Positions 49,585 through 62,149 of a stretch of DNA of 64,000 nt are shown here, in pieces. Source of the stretch: Malacoraja senta (taxonomy: Eukaryota). A program made the translations under genes and the position numbers. The DNA is taken from the NCBI GenBank assembly GCA_038087875.1, contig CM075994.1, positions 3,164,001-3,228,000 on the forward strand. Reading direction: 5' to 3'. Each line of letters starts with the position of its first letter. The stretch's first letter is position 1. The notes beneath the pieces are model-generated. The model ran no database searches. It was not told where the DNA came from and saw nothing but the letters and a program-made list of their open reading frames with translations.

Positions 49585-49784
49585 NNNNNNNNNNNNNNNN
49601 NNNNNNNNNNNNNNNNNNNNNNNNNNNNNNNNNNNNNNNNNNNNNNNNNNNNNNNNNNNNNNNNNNNNNNNNNNNNNNNNNNNNNNNNNNNNNNNNNNNN
49701 NNNNNNNNNNNNNNNNNNNNNNNNNNNNNNNNNNNNNNNNNNNNNNNNNNNNNNNNNNNNNNNNNNNNNNNNNNNNNNNNNNNN
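49585..49784. other. Assembly gap (200 N)
   Basis: Run of N. Confidence 1.
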
Positions 49785-50070
49785 CCCGCTATTTTTAAGA
49801 GCCCTATCTAGCTCTTCCTTGAAAGCATCCAGACAACCTGCCTGCACCGCCCTCTGAGGCAGAGAATTCCACAGACTACCACTCTCTGGGAGAAAAAATG
49901 TGTTTCCTCGTCTCCGTTCTAGATGGCTTACTCCTTATTCTTAAACTGTGGCCTCTGGTTCTGGACTCCCCCCAACATCGGGAACACGTTTCCTGCCTCT
50001 AGCGTGTCCAAGCCTTAAACAATCTTATATGTCTCAATGAGATCCCCTCTCATCCTTCTAAACTCCAGAA
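49785..50070 (-). mobile_element. CR1 C-terminal fragment
   Basis: Matches the reverse of the CR1 ORF2 end (LDAFKEELDRAL). Confidence 0.8.
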
Positions 50071-50149
50071 TGTGCATGCGAGAGTTATGGGTAGAAAGGA
50101 AAATAGGAAAGGAGGGGGAGGGTGGGCGTGGGCAGATGTGTGAAGGGAA

Positions 50150-50310
50150 AATAGATACAAAGTGCTGGAATATCTCAGTGGGTCAGGCAGGATCTCTGGA
50201 GAACATGGATAGGTGACATTTCGCAGAGTGCTGGAGTAACTCAATGGGTCAGGCAGCATCTCTGGATAAAAGGTATAGATGATATTTCAGGTCTAGACCC
50301 TTCTTCACTA
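50150..50310 (-). repeat. Tandem dimer of a pLTR/hammerhead-derived short repeat
   Basis: agtgctgga..ctca.tgggtcaggcag..tctctgga occurs twice, then tttcaggtctagacccttcttca. Confidence 0.75.
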
Positions 50311-50752
50311 ATATTCATGATGTGGCATATGTAGACATTCCTGAATATTACCCAAAACATCGTGAGCTACTTTGTGACGGTGCTTGCCCTCTCCTGTAAA
50401 GTCTCTGCTGCCTTGGACGATGCGGCACAAGACACGAGCTTTGGGACACGGTGTGAAGCTGTTGCAATCTGTCCAAGCCTCGTAAAAGCCTAGATATAGT
50501 GGATGTGGAGAGGATGTTTACAGTGATTTTACATGTTTACACCGATTTTACAGTGAATATAGTTTTCAGGATTGTTGCGTAACAATCCAAGCGCAAACGT
50601 CCAATACTTTCCACATAGGTAGGTTGTACGATTGCTGGTATAGCCTAGATTATGGATGTGACCCAGCCTTCACAAACTCGCCACCATTCACAATTTTGAC
50701 TACATAGGAGAAGAGGTGGTACTCAATTTCAATTATTTTGTATCTTCTGTAG

Positions 50753-50792
50753 GACGGGAGCGGGGAAATGGGGAATAACCGAGATGAAAATG
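50753..50792 (+). CDS. Candidate exon, 40 nt, phase 0-1, DGSGEMGNNRDEN
   Basis: ttttgtatcttctgtag acceptor; ATG/gtaatt donor. Confidence 0.5.
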
Positions 50793-50979
50793 GTAATTGT
50801 CCATGTTGGCTGCTTTACGAGACAGTGTGAAATATATATGTGATCAGTGTTGAGAAGCTGGCAAATCTGAAAATTCGACAGACCCATTCCCAAACAAAGG
50901 TGCGTCGTAATCCCGGAGTATGATTTCTAAGGCTCTCTGTGCGAGTTTGCAAGGGAATTTGCCGAGTTTCCTTTTCATC

Positions 50980-51560
50980 TCGTGAGGTCGCGGAGCGATT
51001 AGTGTACGTTTGTCACTGTATTTGCAGTGTGGTTTTCGTTTCAGAACAGATTATTGTCAACTTCGGACCCGTGATGCTGATAGGCGCACGTACTCCACCA
51101 CGATTTCTGAAGTCAATAACTAGCTCCTTTGTCTTGCTGATATGACACCATGTTACTAATCTTTCTATCTCCTTACTGTACAACGGTCGTCATTGTTCCA
51201 GATCTGTACCACGGTGTTATCATTTACAAATTTCTAGATGGATTCATCGGTGTAGCAAAGGGTTGAGGAACTATCCTTGGGAGACACAGGTTTTAAGAAT
51301 TGTTGCGGAGAATGTGTTTTTGTCCTTCATCACAAATTGTGATCTAAGGGTAAAAAAATCGAGGATCCAGTCGCAGTGGACTGCGTTAACTCCCTGGTCC
51401 ATGGGGTGCAAAAGTGTCTGCATATGATAATGGTATGGAAGACAGCGCTAGAATAAGCAAATTGGAATCTGTCGTAAGTGTCTTTTTTATCTACGTATTC
51501 AAGTAATGATGGTAGGACCAGGAAAATGGTGCTGCCGTGGAAATATTCGGACGTTTTGCA
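50980..51560 (-). mobile_element. Highly decayed Rex/Babar-like RT fragment
   Basis: Reverse strand shows ISKTKELVIDFR and C.WILDF remnants. Confidence 0.55.
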
Positions 51561-52593
51561 AATTATGGTGGATCATGGCTCTGTGAGAGACTGAGCCTTA
51601 CAGGTGACACGTAGAGCGTACCTCCAATCGCATGGTTGAATGTCCGGGTGGGATCAGTCTTATATAACTCTCAAGGAGCTTGCTCCAAAGTACATCGCCA
51701 GAATGAAAGTCCATCATCCACGCAGAGCACACATTCTTTCCACGTCTGGGCATTAGATATTCCATGGATGTGATATTAGCTTCTGACGCCTGGTGGCTAG
51801 CGGTGACCCGAATATATCTTATCATCGCCGGTCGACTGCAGCAGTGGCGGTCACAGAATGCAGGTGATCGTGGGACTGATAGACATGATTAGTACAGTCA
51901 CGCGGATACCATGGTGTTCAACATTTAGGCAGATATCGATAAACCACTTGTCTCAGAATTTCAAAATTCGGAATAATCTGGTTGCATCACCTCTGATTAT
52001 TGCAGTTGTTCAATTAAACATTGGCTGATGTATATAACTCTTGATGTACTATAACACAATCCAATCTCTCCATTCGCCTGATTTTAATTTAATTCTTCTG
52101 CGGGTTAGCTAACATTTCGCTTTTACTGTACATTATAGGTTGTTAGTAAGCTTGAAAACGTGGAATCCGTGAGATCTTGGGCTTTCTCCCTTACGGTTGG
52201 TCAGTGTGATCTCAGTGGTGAAGCAAGATGTACCGCAGTAGCAGAAACTAGACTGGTGATTTGGCCCTTCTACCTCACAATTTCACAGACGCGAAGTATG
52301 CTACCGTCGAAGTAATTTAGAAAAAACACAAATAACTGCTGTAAAATGCTACGTAAGTTGCATCTATTAATGTGCAAAAATATATTTTAAATGAGTTGTA
52401 ATGTACGATATTCTTCAATATAAGCCCTCAGTAAAATGCGTTCTTATAACAAATGCACTTCCCTAGATAAAACCTGCTTCTTGTTTAAATGCAATGCAAG
52501 TGGCTTTCATGTTATCAACCGTCACTAAATTGACAACAAACGAAATAGGCAATTCAGCAATCATGATGTTTCACTGGATAAAGTTAAATTCAG

Positions 52594-52620
52594 TCGGGAC
52601 TATACTTTCCAGGCTACATG
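52594..52620 (+). CDS. Candidate micro-exon, 27 nt, phase 1-1, VGTILSRLH (an alternative acceptor gives 8 nt from 52613)
   Basis: ATG/gtaaga donor; aattcag or tttccag acceptor. Confidence 0.4.
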
Positions 52621-52622
52621 GT

Positions 52623-52712
52623 AAGAAGGGTCTCGACCCGAAACGACAGCCATTCCTTCTCTACAGAGACGCTGCCTATCCAGCCAGTTACTCCAGCTTG
52701 CTGTGTCTACCT
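52623..52712 (+). repeat. pLTR/hammerhead-derived short repeat
   Basis: aagaagggtctcgacccgaaacg...gctgcct...agttactccagc; a similar degenerate copy lies at ~53070-53200. Confidence 0.75.
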
Positions 52713-53498
52713 GGAAGTTATATTCGTCAAGTGAATTTTGAACTTGGTCATTCTAAATAACGGGGCAAATAATAGTTAACAATCAACAATCAACGGTCCG
52801 AGTGCTCCTTTAATTTCTAATATCCGTAACTGATGCCTAAACAAACACATAATAAGACATCGCTCTAGCTTTGCCATCCGCAAAACGAGCTGAATATATT
52901 CTGTTGCAAATAATATGAGGATAATTAAAAATAAACTGACCACATGCTCCTTCTATTCATTAACACGGTGAACTGGTATCTTATACTCAACAGTACCAAT
53001 CATTCTCAAGAAAAACAACAGCTGAGGACGCTCCGTGTGTTTTTATCCAATACAGTTTACTTCAGATTCAGAATCTGGACATACATCGCAACCCGAAACG
53101 TCACCTGTCCATTTTCTCCACTGATGCGTCATGTCCCATTGTGTTACTCCAGAACTTCCTCTTTGCTGAATACTCCAGCATCGGCAGTTCCTTGTATCTC
53201 CTTTCTTCTCCTTCACTTTGACAGAAAGATGATCAGGAATATCTGAAATCCGACCTCAATATATTAATTATCTATATTAATAAAAGTAAGATCTTGACAG
53301 CTTTTGGCTCGCTGTGCTTTGATTTTCGAGAGAACGCCGCCAACTACGGTCGTCATTTTTGGCCACGGCGCTCAGAGCCCCCCTCCGCCGGACAGGACCG
53401 GAGGATTTTTCCCTTCGATGAAAAATCAGAGATATATTAATGTTTTTTTTTTAATTCGCCATTCTCTCTGCTCCCCCGCTGGCGGCAGGAGGAGGGAC

Positions 53499-53620
53499 TA
53501 TAAAACCCGAAAGTCTCGTGCCTCACTCAGTCTCTGCCAGACGGAGGAAGCGAGAGGGTCACGGCTCACGGCTCTCCGAGCTTCGAATAACACTGAACGC
53601 ACGGCTACTCCACGGTGAGT
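53499..53620 (+). promoter_or_regulatory. Putative TATA-Inr core promoter, short first exon and splice donor inside the Helitron 5' end
   Basis: TATAAAA at 53499; TCAGTCT with its A at 53529 (30 nt downstream); ACG/gtgagt at 53615. Confidence 0.4.
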
Positions 53621-53629
53621 CCCCGAGAT

Positions 53630-54058
53630 GTGGTTTTCAGCAAACGAATGTGTTTTGTCGGTTTCGTCAATGTTTTTCCCCAATTGCCCGGCTTTTGTAA
53701 AGTGCTTTCAGCAGACGAATGTGTTTAGTCGGCTTGCTCAGTGTATTTCCCCAATTACCTGGCTTTTTTAAAGTGCTTTCAGCAGACGAATGTGTTTTGT
53801 CGGCTCGCTCAGTGTTTTTCCGCAATTGCCTGGCTTTTATTAAAGTGCTTTCAGCAGACGAATGTATTTTGTCGGCTTGCTCATTGGTTTTGCCCAATTG
53901 CGTGGCTTTGGTAAAGTGCTTTCAGCAGACGAATGTGTTTTGTCGGCTTGCTCAGTGTTTTCCCCCCAATTGCCTGCCTTTTTTGAAGTGCTTTCAGCAG
54001 ACGAATGTGTTTTGATGGCTTGCTCAGTGTTTTTCCCCAATTGCCTGGCTTTTTAAAG
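53630..54058 (+). repeat. ~72-bp minisatellite, ~6 units
   Basis: Repeated aaagtgctttcagcagacgaatgtgttttgtcggcttgctcagtgtttttccccaattgcctggctttt. Confidence 0.95.
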
Positions 54059-54450
54059 GGCTTGCTTGCAACGGTTTTCGGATGGATAAAGTGAATAAAC
54101 ATTTTATTAGATCAGTACTGTGTTTAATTTCAAAATTGGCGCTCATTCTGTGATTTTCGCTTAGTTGCAAGATGGCGCCGATTACGTCATTTCCGGTTAG
54201 CGGCCTGCTGGCTCTGAGTGCATAATTTCCGGTTCGTGGCAAGCAGCGAGAGGGTGACGTCAAGATGGCGCCAAGTGCAGGCGCCGTTGAATAATTCAGG
54301 AGCTTACTGCTCTGTCTATTGTGTGTGCGTTTGTTAGATGTTATTTAAAGCATGATTTTGCTTCAGCAGCTGCCTGTACAGCAGGCTTTAAAGATTCGTT
54401 TTACACACTGTATATTCAACACGTTCTGAAGTTACTTGGCATTTTAATAT

Positions 54451-54495
54451 TGTGTGTGTGTGTGTGAGTGAATGAGTCTGTGTGAGTGTGTGTCT

Positions 54496-54526
<31 letters not shown>

Positions 54527-54537
54527 AGTGTTAATGG

Positions 54538-54629
<92 letters not shown>

Positions 54630-54761
54630 ATGAGTCTGTGTTTGTATGTGTGAATGAGTCTGTGTGTGTGTATATATAAGTGTGTGTTTGTGTATATACG
54701 TGTTTGTGTGTGTATATGAGTTTGTGTGTGTGTGTGTGTGAATGAGAGTGTGTGTGTGAAT

Positions 54762-54803
<42 letters not shown>

Positions 54804-55468
54804 GAATGAGTGTGCGTGTGAATGTGTAAATTAGTTTGTGTGTGTATGTGTGAATGAGTCTGTGTGTATGTGTGAATGAATGTGTTTGTGTGTGTGTGTG
54901 TGTGAATGAGTATGTGTGTATGTGTGAATGCGTCTGTGTGAGTGTGTGTGTATATATGAGTGTGTGTGTGTATGTAAGAGTCTGTGTGTGTACATATGAG
55001 TCTGTGTGTGTGTGAATGCGTCTGTGTGTCTGTGTGTGAGTCTGTGTCTGTGTGTGTGTGTGTGTATGTGTGTGTGTGTGTGTGTGAATGAGTATGTGTG
55101 TGTGAATGAGTCTATGTGTGTGAATGAGTTTGTGTGTGTGAATGAGTCTGTGTGTGTCAATGAGTCTGTGTGTGTGGCTGTGTATGTGTGCGTGTGAATG
55201 TGTGTGTGTGTTTGTGTGAATGAGTCTGTGTGTGTGTGAATGAGTGTGAGTGTGTGTCTGTGTGTGTGAATGAGTCTGTTTGTGCGTGTGAATGCGTCTG
55301 TATGTCTGTGTATGTGTGTGTGAATGGGTCTGTGTGTGTGTGAATGAGTGTGTGTGTGAATGAGTCTGTGTGTGTGTGTGTGTTTGTGTGTGAATGAGTG
55401 TGTGTGTGTGAATGAGTCTGTGTGTGTGTGTGTTAATGAGTCTGTGTGTGTGTGTGGCTGTGTGTGAA

Positions 55469-55517
<49 letters not shown>

Positions 55518-55527
55518 GTGTGTGTGT

Positions 55528-55567
<40 letters not shown>

Positions 55568-55670
55568 GTGTGTGTGTGTGTGAATGAGTCTGTGTGTATG
55601 TGTGTGAATGAGTCTGTGTGTGTGAGAGAGAGTCTGTGTGAGAGTCTGTGAGGTGGAGGGTGTGTGTGAT
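54451..55670 (+). repeat. Compound (TG)n / TGAATGAGTC microsatellite, ~1.2 kb
   Basis: Directly visible. Confidence 0.98.
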
Positions 55671-56214
55671 CAACAAATAACAAATAGTTCAATTAATAAA
55701 ATATTTCGTAGTTCAGAGCCTATTTGTTATGTTTAATAGCCTGATGGCTGCCAGGAAGAAGCTGTTCCTCAATACGGATGTTACAGTTTTCAGTTTACAA
55801 AAGTCGTACGTGACGCCAGAAGTCGGGCGTCAGTCAGTCCATAAGCCGTGAGTCAGTCAGTCAGTCCATAGGCCACGAGTTAATCCCAAGGTAGTGAATG
55901 AGTCCAGAGGCCATGAGTAAGTCGCTCACCGCCCCCCCCCACCCCCCCCCCCCCCCCGACATCCCCCAACTCAAGACGCTGCACTCCGCCTGGCTATAGG
56001 GTGCGCCCCCTCCTGCCATCTACTAAAGCCGCCCACATCCCCCGCTGGAGGACACCGCCCCTTTCTCGTCAGCTCACGAGAGCCCCCACCTGAAGCTGTC
56101 CCCCTCCCTAGGCTGCATGATGTTTGCCACCCCTCAGCCCACCCTGACTGCCCCCGCCTCAAAAAAATAATTTGCACAAATTCTTCAGTGTTCATTAACA
56201 ACTGAAATTGTCTT

Positions 56215-57432
56215 TAGGCTGCTTTTTCGACATCATGTCAGGAAACGTTAGAGGTCAAGTTGATGTGGCTATTGCCGTAGCATACTATGGGATAGCAGCT
56301 ACATTAATGCCTGGTGGAAGAATTGCACATTCTCGATTCAACCCATCTAAGTGGCCGAGGATACATTCTGCAACATCGAGAATAAATCTAAGACTGCACA
56401 TTTCATGAGGCAAGTCAAAGTCATTGTTTGGGATGAATGTCCAATGATTAGGCGAGAAAGCGATGAATCGGTGGACAGAACTCTTCAAGATGTCTGCAGC
56501 AACACAAAGCCTTTTGGCGACATTCTTATCGTTTGTTGTGGCGATTTTCGACAACTGCTTGCTGTGTTGAAAGGGGGAAATGATGCTGATGTTGAAAATG
56601 CCTGCATCAAGAAATCCTACTTGTGGAGACTTTTCACCAAGATTCAATTGCACACAAATATGTGATTGACAGAGGGAGAAGGCGACTATTCTCAATGTTT
56701 GTTGAAAGTTGGAGAAGACAAGATTTTAAAGAATGAAGACGAGGAAATTGAAATTCCACAAGACATGCTTCTATCAGCAGAAACACTGGAGGATCGTATT
56801 GATTTCATCTATCCCACATTTGACTACCCTGCAGAATTATTCTCCAACAATTGTATCTTGGTTCCTCACAACGATACCATGAGAAGCATCAATTCTACAC
56901 GCATCAGACGCTTGCCTGGAATCGTTAAGGAGTACTTTTCTTTCAATGCTGTCACTGACGGAACTCGTGATACTCACTTCCCAACAGAATTCGTCGATTC
57001 ACTCGAGCTCTCTGGATTGCCGCCACACAAATTGGAGTTGAAAAAAGGATCTCCAATCATATTATTGAGAAACTTGGAGCCACCAAAGCTATGCAATGGA
57101 ACGTGGATGATTGTGAAGAGCTACACCATAATCTGATCGTTGCAAGAATCAACATGGGAGCCTTCAAAGTTATCATTCCTAGCATAGCACTCATTTTGAC
57201 ACATTCCCCTTCAGCGGACCCAATTCCCCATTCAATCAAGTTTTGCTATGACGATCCATAAAGCACAAGGACAAACAATTCAGAAGGTGTTGATCTACCT
57301 CGACAAACCGTTATTTCACCATTGACGAATATATGTGGCTCTTAGCCGAGGAAGATGATGGGAAATGTCAAAGTTTTCCTGAAGAATGGAACATTGACCA
57401 AGAATTTTGTCATTAAAAGCGTGCTTCGTTGA
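56215..57432 (+). pseudogene. Decayed Helitron PIF1-like SF1 helicase (C-terminal part of RepHel)
   Basis: GIAATLMPGGRIAHSRF; IVWDECPM; KPFG...GDFRQLL; GLPPHKLELKKGSPIILLRNL..LCNGT; FAMTIHKAQGQT; YVALSR; frameshifts and stops. Confidence 0.92.
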
Positions 57433-58533
57433 ATTATGACTTCTGAGATAAATTCTCAGATTTTCTTTCTTAAAATTTGACCGCTGAATCTCTCTATATT
57501 AAAATTGTCTCTTTTTATCAACAGGAAATAGTCATCAAGAGGCAGTGAGCAACAGAACACAACAAGAGACACAACAAGAAAGAACTTAATAATTCTCATC
57601 TTTAACATTTAAATTGTTCTTATATTTTAAGAATCATTCACATTTTAAACTTTAATAAATCCTTTTTGCACTTTTAATGCCTGTTTGTTCTTCATCACAA
57701 TGGGAACCTAATGGGCAGAAATGGCTGCTCTGTGGGAGAGCCACTAAGAGTGAATGGGGAGAGGTTGTGGGGAGATGCACTGAATGTGTGGGGGAGAGGG
57801 GAATGGCAAGGAATAGAGTGGGGGGGGTGAAGGGAGGAGGGGTGACTGAGTGAAATGCCAGTGTACCAGGCGTGAGTGACTGCACTGCCAGCCCACGAGC
57901 ATTGAGTAAGTGAACTGCCAGCCCACCAGCCGTAAGTGACTGAACTGCCAGCCCAAGAATCCATTCGGCCTACAAACTCCATACTAGGCCTCTGGAAACC
58001 AGTACCTTCGGCCAACAACACCCATACTAGCGCAACAGAAAGCGCCCCCCCCCCCCCACTGGCCAGCAATATTGGATTTGGTGGAGTGGTGGAATATAGC
58101 GTTGGGTGACCAGCCCTCCCGTGTGAAGCTGGGACCCAACGTGTCCCACTTAGTCTAGTATATACTAAATGACAACCGAAGTGTTCAGCGACTTAATCTG
58201 CACTGTCTATTTCGAGTTTCCTATCTGTAAAGTCGGAAATGGAATAGATACACCATTGGATTAAATAATTGAATGGAAAGGTAATAATATGGTAATGATA
58301 AAAGGAGGGATTTCGCATATTTATCTGCCCAGCAATGGCTAGTTACCAATGCAACGCTGTGACAAAACACATAGTTGCCAATCGTCCAACGAATGCGTGT
58401 GCTTATGCATTGATAAATATTAAAAACATTTGACAAGTATTTCACCTGATGAATAACAAAAGATGCCATCAACACCATCAGTATATTCAAGTAGAATAAC
58501 TTAGTAAATTGTAGCTGCTCATTTCCATGAAAG

Positions 58534-58566
58534 AAATTAGCGACGTGTTCTCGGCTGCCAAAAACG
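58534..58566 (+). CDS. Candidate micro-exon, 33 nt, phase 1-1, EISDVFSAAKN
   Basis: ctcatttccatgaaag acceptor; ACG/gttcgt donor. Confidence 0.4.
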
Positions 58567-59064
58567 GTTCGTACTTCACCAACAATGTGTCCGCCGACAT
58601 TCTGATCTCTACCAAGTGTAAACCACAGCCTGTAGAGAAAAAACACAGAATCATCTGCAAATACATTCGTGATCTCGGAGAAAGGAAGCAAGTGCACATA
58701 ATATCGAGGCTACCTGCATCTACTTGTGAAGGATGGAAGTTACCGGGTGCCGCCGCGGCGGCGCAGAATGGAAGCTCCCGCGAGACGCCTCGGAGCCGTG
58801 CAAGAGCGGACCGGGCTGCCAAAGCAGATCCGTGCTGGTACGGTCCAGATAGCCTACTCAGAGCCATGCAAGAGCGTGACCGGCGACCGGCCGAAAATAT
58901 GGACCGGGCGGCCGCTGAGAACGAATTGGCGGCACGCGGCGGGCCTGGTTCACCACTGCGGACACGGGTACGGCGGGCCACTGCATGCAGGGGCAAGGTC
59001 GAAATCCACGAATACCCGAGAGTCGATGAGGGAGCCGCTAGCGGCGGATGCATGGAGTGGACCG

Positions 59065-61070
59065 GTAGACAATAAACAATAGACAATAGGTGCAGGAGTT
59101 AGCCATTGGGCCCTTCAAACCAGCACCGCCATTCATTGTGATCATGGTTGTGATCCACAATCAGTACCCCGTTCCTGCCTTCTCCCTATATCCCTTGATT
59201 CCGCTATCTTTAAGAGCTCTATCGAATTATCTCCTGAAAGCATCCAGAGAATCGGCTTCCATTGCATTCAGAGGCAGAGAATTCCACAGATTCACAACTC
59301 TATGGGTGAAAACCTTTTTCCTCATCTCCGTTCTAAATGGCCTACCCCTTATTGTTAAACTGTTGCCCTGGTTCTGACTTGCCCAACATCCATACATGTT
59401 TCCTGCCACCAGCGTGTCCGATCCTTTATTAATCTTACATGTTTCAATAAGATACCCTCTCATCCTTCTACATTCAAGTGTATATAAGCCCAGTCGCTCC
59501 GTTCATTAAACATACGATTGTCCCACTATCCCGGAAATTAACCTCGTGAACCTACGCTCCACTCCTTCAATAGCACGAATGTCCTTCCTCAAATTTGGAG
59601 ACCAAAACTGCGCACAATACTCCAGGTTTGGTCTGACCAGGGCCCTATACACTGCAGAAGTACATCGTTGCGTCTATACTCAAATAATTTTGTTATGACG
59701 GCAGCTATCTGCACTGTCTCCTGTACCTGCATGCTTAGTTTCAGTGACAGTGTACAAGAACACCCAGATCACGTTCTAATTCCCCTTTTCCTAACTTGAC
59801 ACTATTCAAATAATAATCTGCCTTCCTGTTATTGCCACCAAAGTGGATAACCTCATATTTATCCACATTAAACTGCATCATCCATGCATGTTCCCACTCA
59901 CCCATCATCTCCATGTCACCCTGCATCCTCCAAGCATCCTCCTCACAGTTCACAGTTCACACTGGAACCCAGCTTTGTGTCATTTGCAAATTTGCTTATG
60001 TTACTTTTAATCCCATCATCTAAATCATTACTGTTTATTGTAAATAGCTGCCATCCGTCCACCGAGTCTTGCGGAACCCCACTGGCCACTGCCATTCTGA
60101 AAGGAACTCATTAATCCCTATTCTTTGCTTCCTGTCTGCCAACCAATTTTCTATCCTTATCAGCACCCTACCCCCAATACCACATGCTTTAATTTTGCCC
60201 ACAACTCTCCTATGTGGGAAATAGCCAAATGCTTTCTGAGAGTCCAGGTGACACCCACTGACTCTTCCTTGTCCATTTTCCTCGTTACTTCCCCAGAAAA
60301 TCCCTGGAGATTAGTCAAGCATGATCTCCCCTTCATAAATCGATGCTAACTCGGACCGATCCTCATAATGCTATCCAAATGTGCCGCTGTTTCATATTTT
60401 ATAATTGACTCCAGCATCTTCCCTACCACTGATATCAGGCTAGCTGGTCTGTAATTCCCTATTTTCACGCTCCCTCACTTCTTAACGTGTTAAATGACAT
60501 TAAATACACTCTAATCAACAAGAACTGATCCTGAATCTATAGAACATTGGAAAATGATCACCAATACGTCCACAATTTCTAGCACCACCTCCTTAATACC
60601 ATGGGATGCAGATTATCAGGCGATGGGGATTTATCAGCCTTCAGTCCCATCAGTCTATCCAACACCATTTCCAGCCTAATGTGACATTCCTTCAAATTAT
60701 CCGTCAACTTTGGCCGCTAGCACACCTGGGAGCTTGCTTGTGTCTTCCTTGGTGAAGGCGAATCCAAAGTACCTGCTCAACCCCTCTGTCATTTAATTGC
60801 TGCCCATAATAAATTCACCTGTGTCTGTCATCAAGGGACCCACACTTGTCTTAACTATTTTTTCCTCTTCACACACCTAAAGAAACTTTTACTGTCTTCC
60901 GTTATAATTTTGGCTATCTTACCTGCGTACCTCATCATTTTCCCCCGTATTGCCATTTTAGTTTAAAATGTTCCCAATCATCTGGCTTCCTGCTGATCTT
61001 GCTATGTTATACTTCTTCGCTTTTATTTTTATACTGTCCTTGACTTTCCTTGTCAACCACGATCGCATCT
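59065..61070 (-). mobile_element. Decayed CR1 LINE
   Basis: (ACAATAG)n tail; RT remnants (MQFNVDKYEVIHFGG, VVNLWNSLP). Confidence 0.9.
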
Positions 61071-61239
61071 TTGTAGGACAGGGACTTATGTAGGACAGGG
61101 ACCGGCTTATTGCATCCAGCGCCTTCAAAGACGGCTGCTGGAAGCGTCCCCCGGGACACAGTGGCTGTCAGGCGAAGAAAGGGGTGTCGGGACGTCGGCC
61201 TGCAGCAGACTTGGGCTTACTTAGACTTACTGTAAAATT

Positions 61240-61335
61240 CCTTCACTCCATGGATGCTGCCTCATCCGCTGAGTTTATCCAGCATTTTTGTCTCACTACG
61301 ATTTTCCAGCATCTGCAGTTCCATCTTAAACACAC
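61240..61335 (+). repeat. Penelope pLTR 3' remnant
   Basis: ttccttcactccatggatgctgc...cgattttccagcatctgcagttcc matches 28212-28300. Confidence 0.8.
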
Positions 61336-62149
61336 CAGATAGAAAGTCAACAAGCATTCATTTTTTCAAAACAGAAAACGTGCCGCTGTTCTCTTTTAAA
61401 GTTTACAATAAATGCTGGTAACTCACAAATATCACCCAGACAAGCAAAGGTTTGCATATTGGGCAATGCCCACGATTGTTCATCAAGCCGTGAGTATCAG
61501 TTTATTCTTTGGTGTGAGAAGAATTATATTATCTTACTTATCTTTTCCTATGACAATGATCTTCAATTCTACACTCATTTCTTTCGATTTTGGTATTTTA
61601 CTTTTACTATTATTTGAGCATTCATTCCCTCATTAAATAATTTTGAAAATTGCGTGCAAGCTGTGAAATAGCGATTCTTTTCACAAACATGGATCATCCA
61701 TCGACGTAAATAACTTCACACACGTTTCAACAGAAAACAGGTCGATATACTTTCTAATCCAAACATGTCGCCGTGCAAATCCAGAAAAAATAAACGATTT
61801 ACGACAACGAAAAGTTAATTATCAATAGAGCAATAGTACAGAAGTTAAGTAATCATCTCATGCCAAAGAACAGTCTTTCCAACATTCAATATATATATAT
61901 ATATATATAAATACAACGTATTTTTATGCAAATTTGGAGGAAATCATTGTATGTCACATTGTTCATTCTCAGAAGATTAAAGAAATAGACATTCCATAAA
62001 TAACACGATTGATATTACAAAATGGCGATGGAGTATGTGTTAACGAAATCCCAAAAAGACAAATAAAGTAAATATGTTTAATATTCTTCGGTGGAACATC
62101 AATGGCAGGAATTTGTGGGCATAATCCAGAAGGTGCAGGATCATTTCAT

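Larger units (their letters stand above)
53271..58158 (+). mobile_element. Defective Helitron
   Basis: 5' A|TC at 53270/53271; 3' GGGAC...GTCCC hairpin then CTAG|T at 58155-58159; internal decayed PIF1-like helicase. Confidence 0.9.

Noticed and set aside
53630..54058. CRISPR-like array
   Set aside because: Units are head-to-tail degenerate repeats with no unique spacers, no cas genes, and a eukaryotic context
54388..55692. 434-aa and 281-aa His/Thr-rich ORFs
   Set aside because: Translations of the (CA/TG)n compound microsatellite
58527..59075. 182-aa ORF and antisense 199-aa ORF as a single-exon gene
   Set aside because: Chimera of AT-rich sequence and a GC-rich block where stops are rare; no recognisable domain
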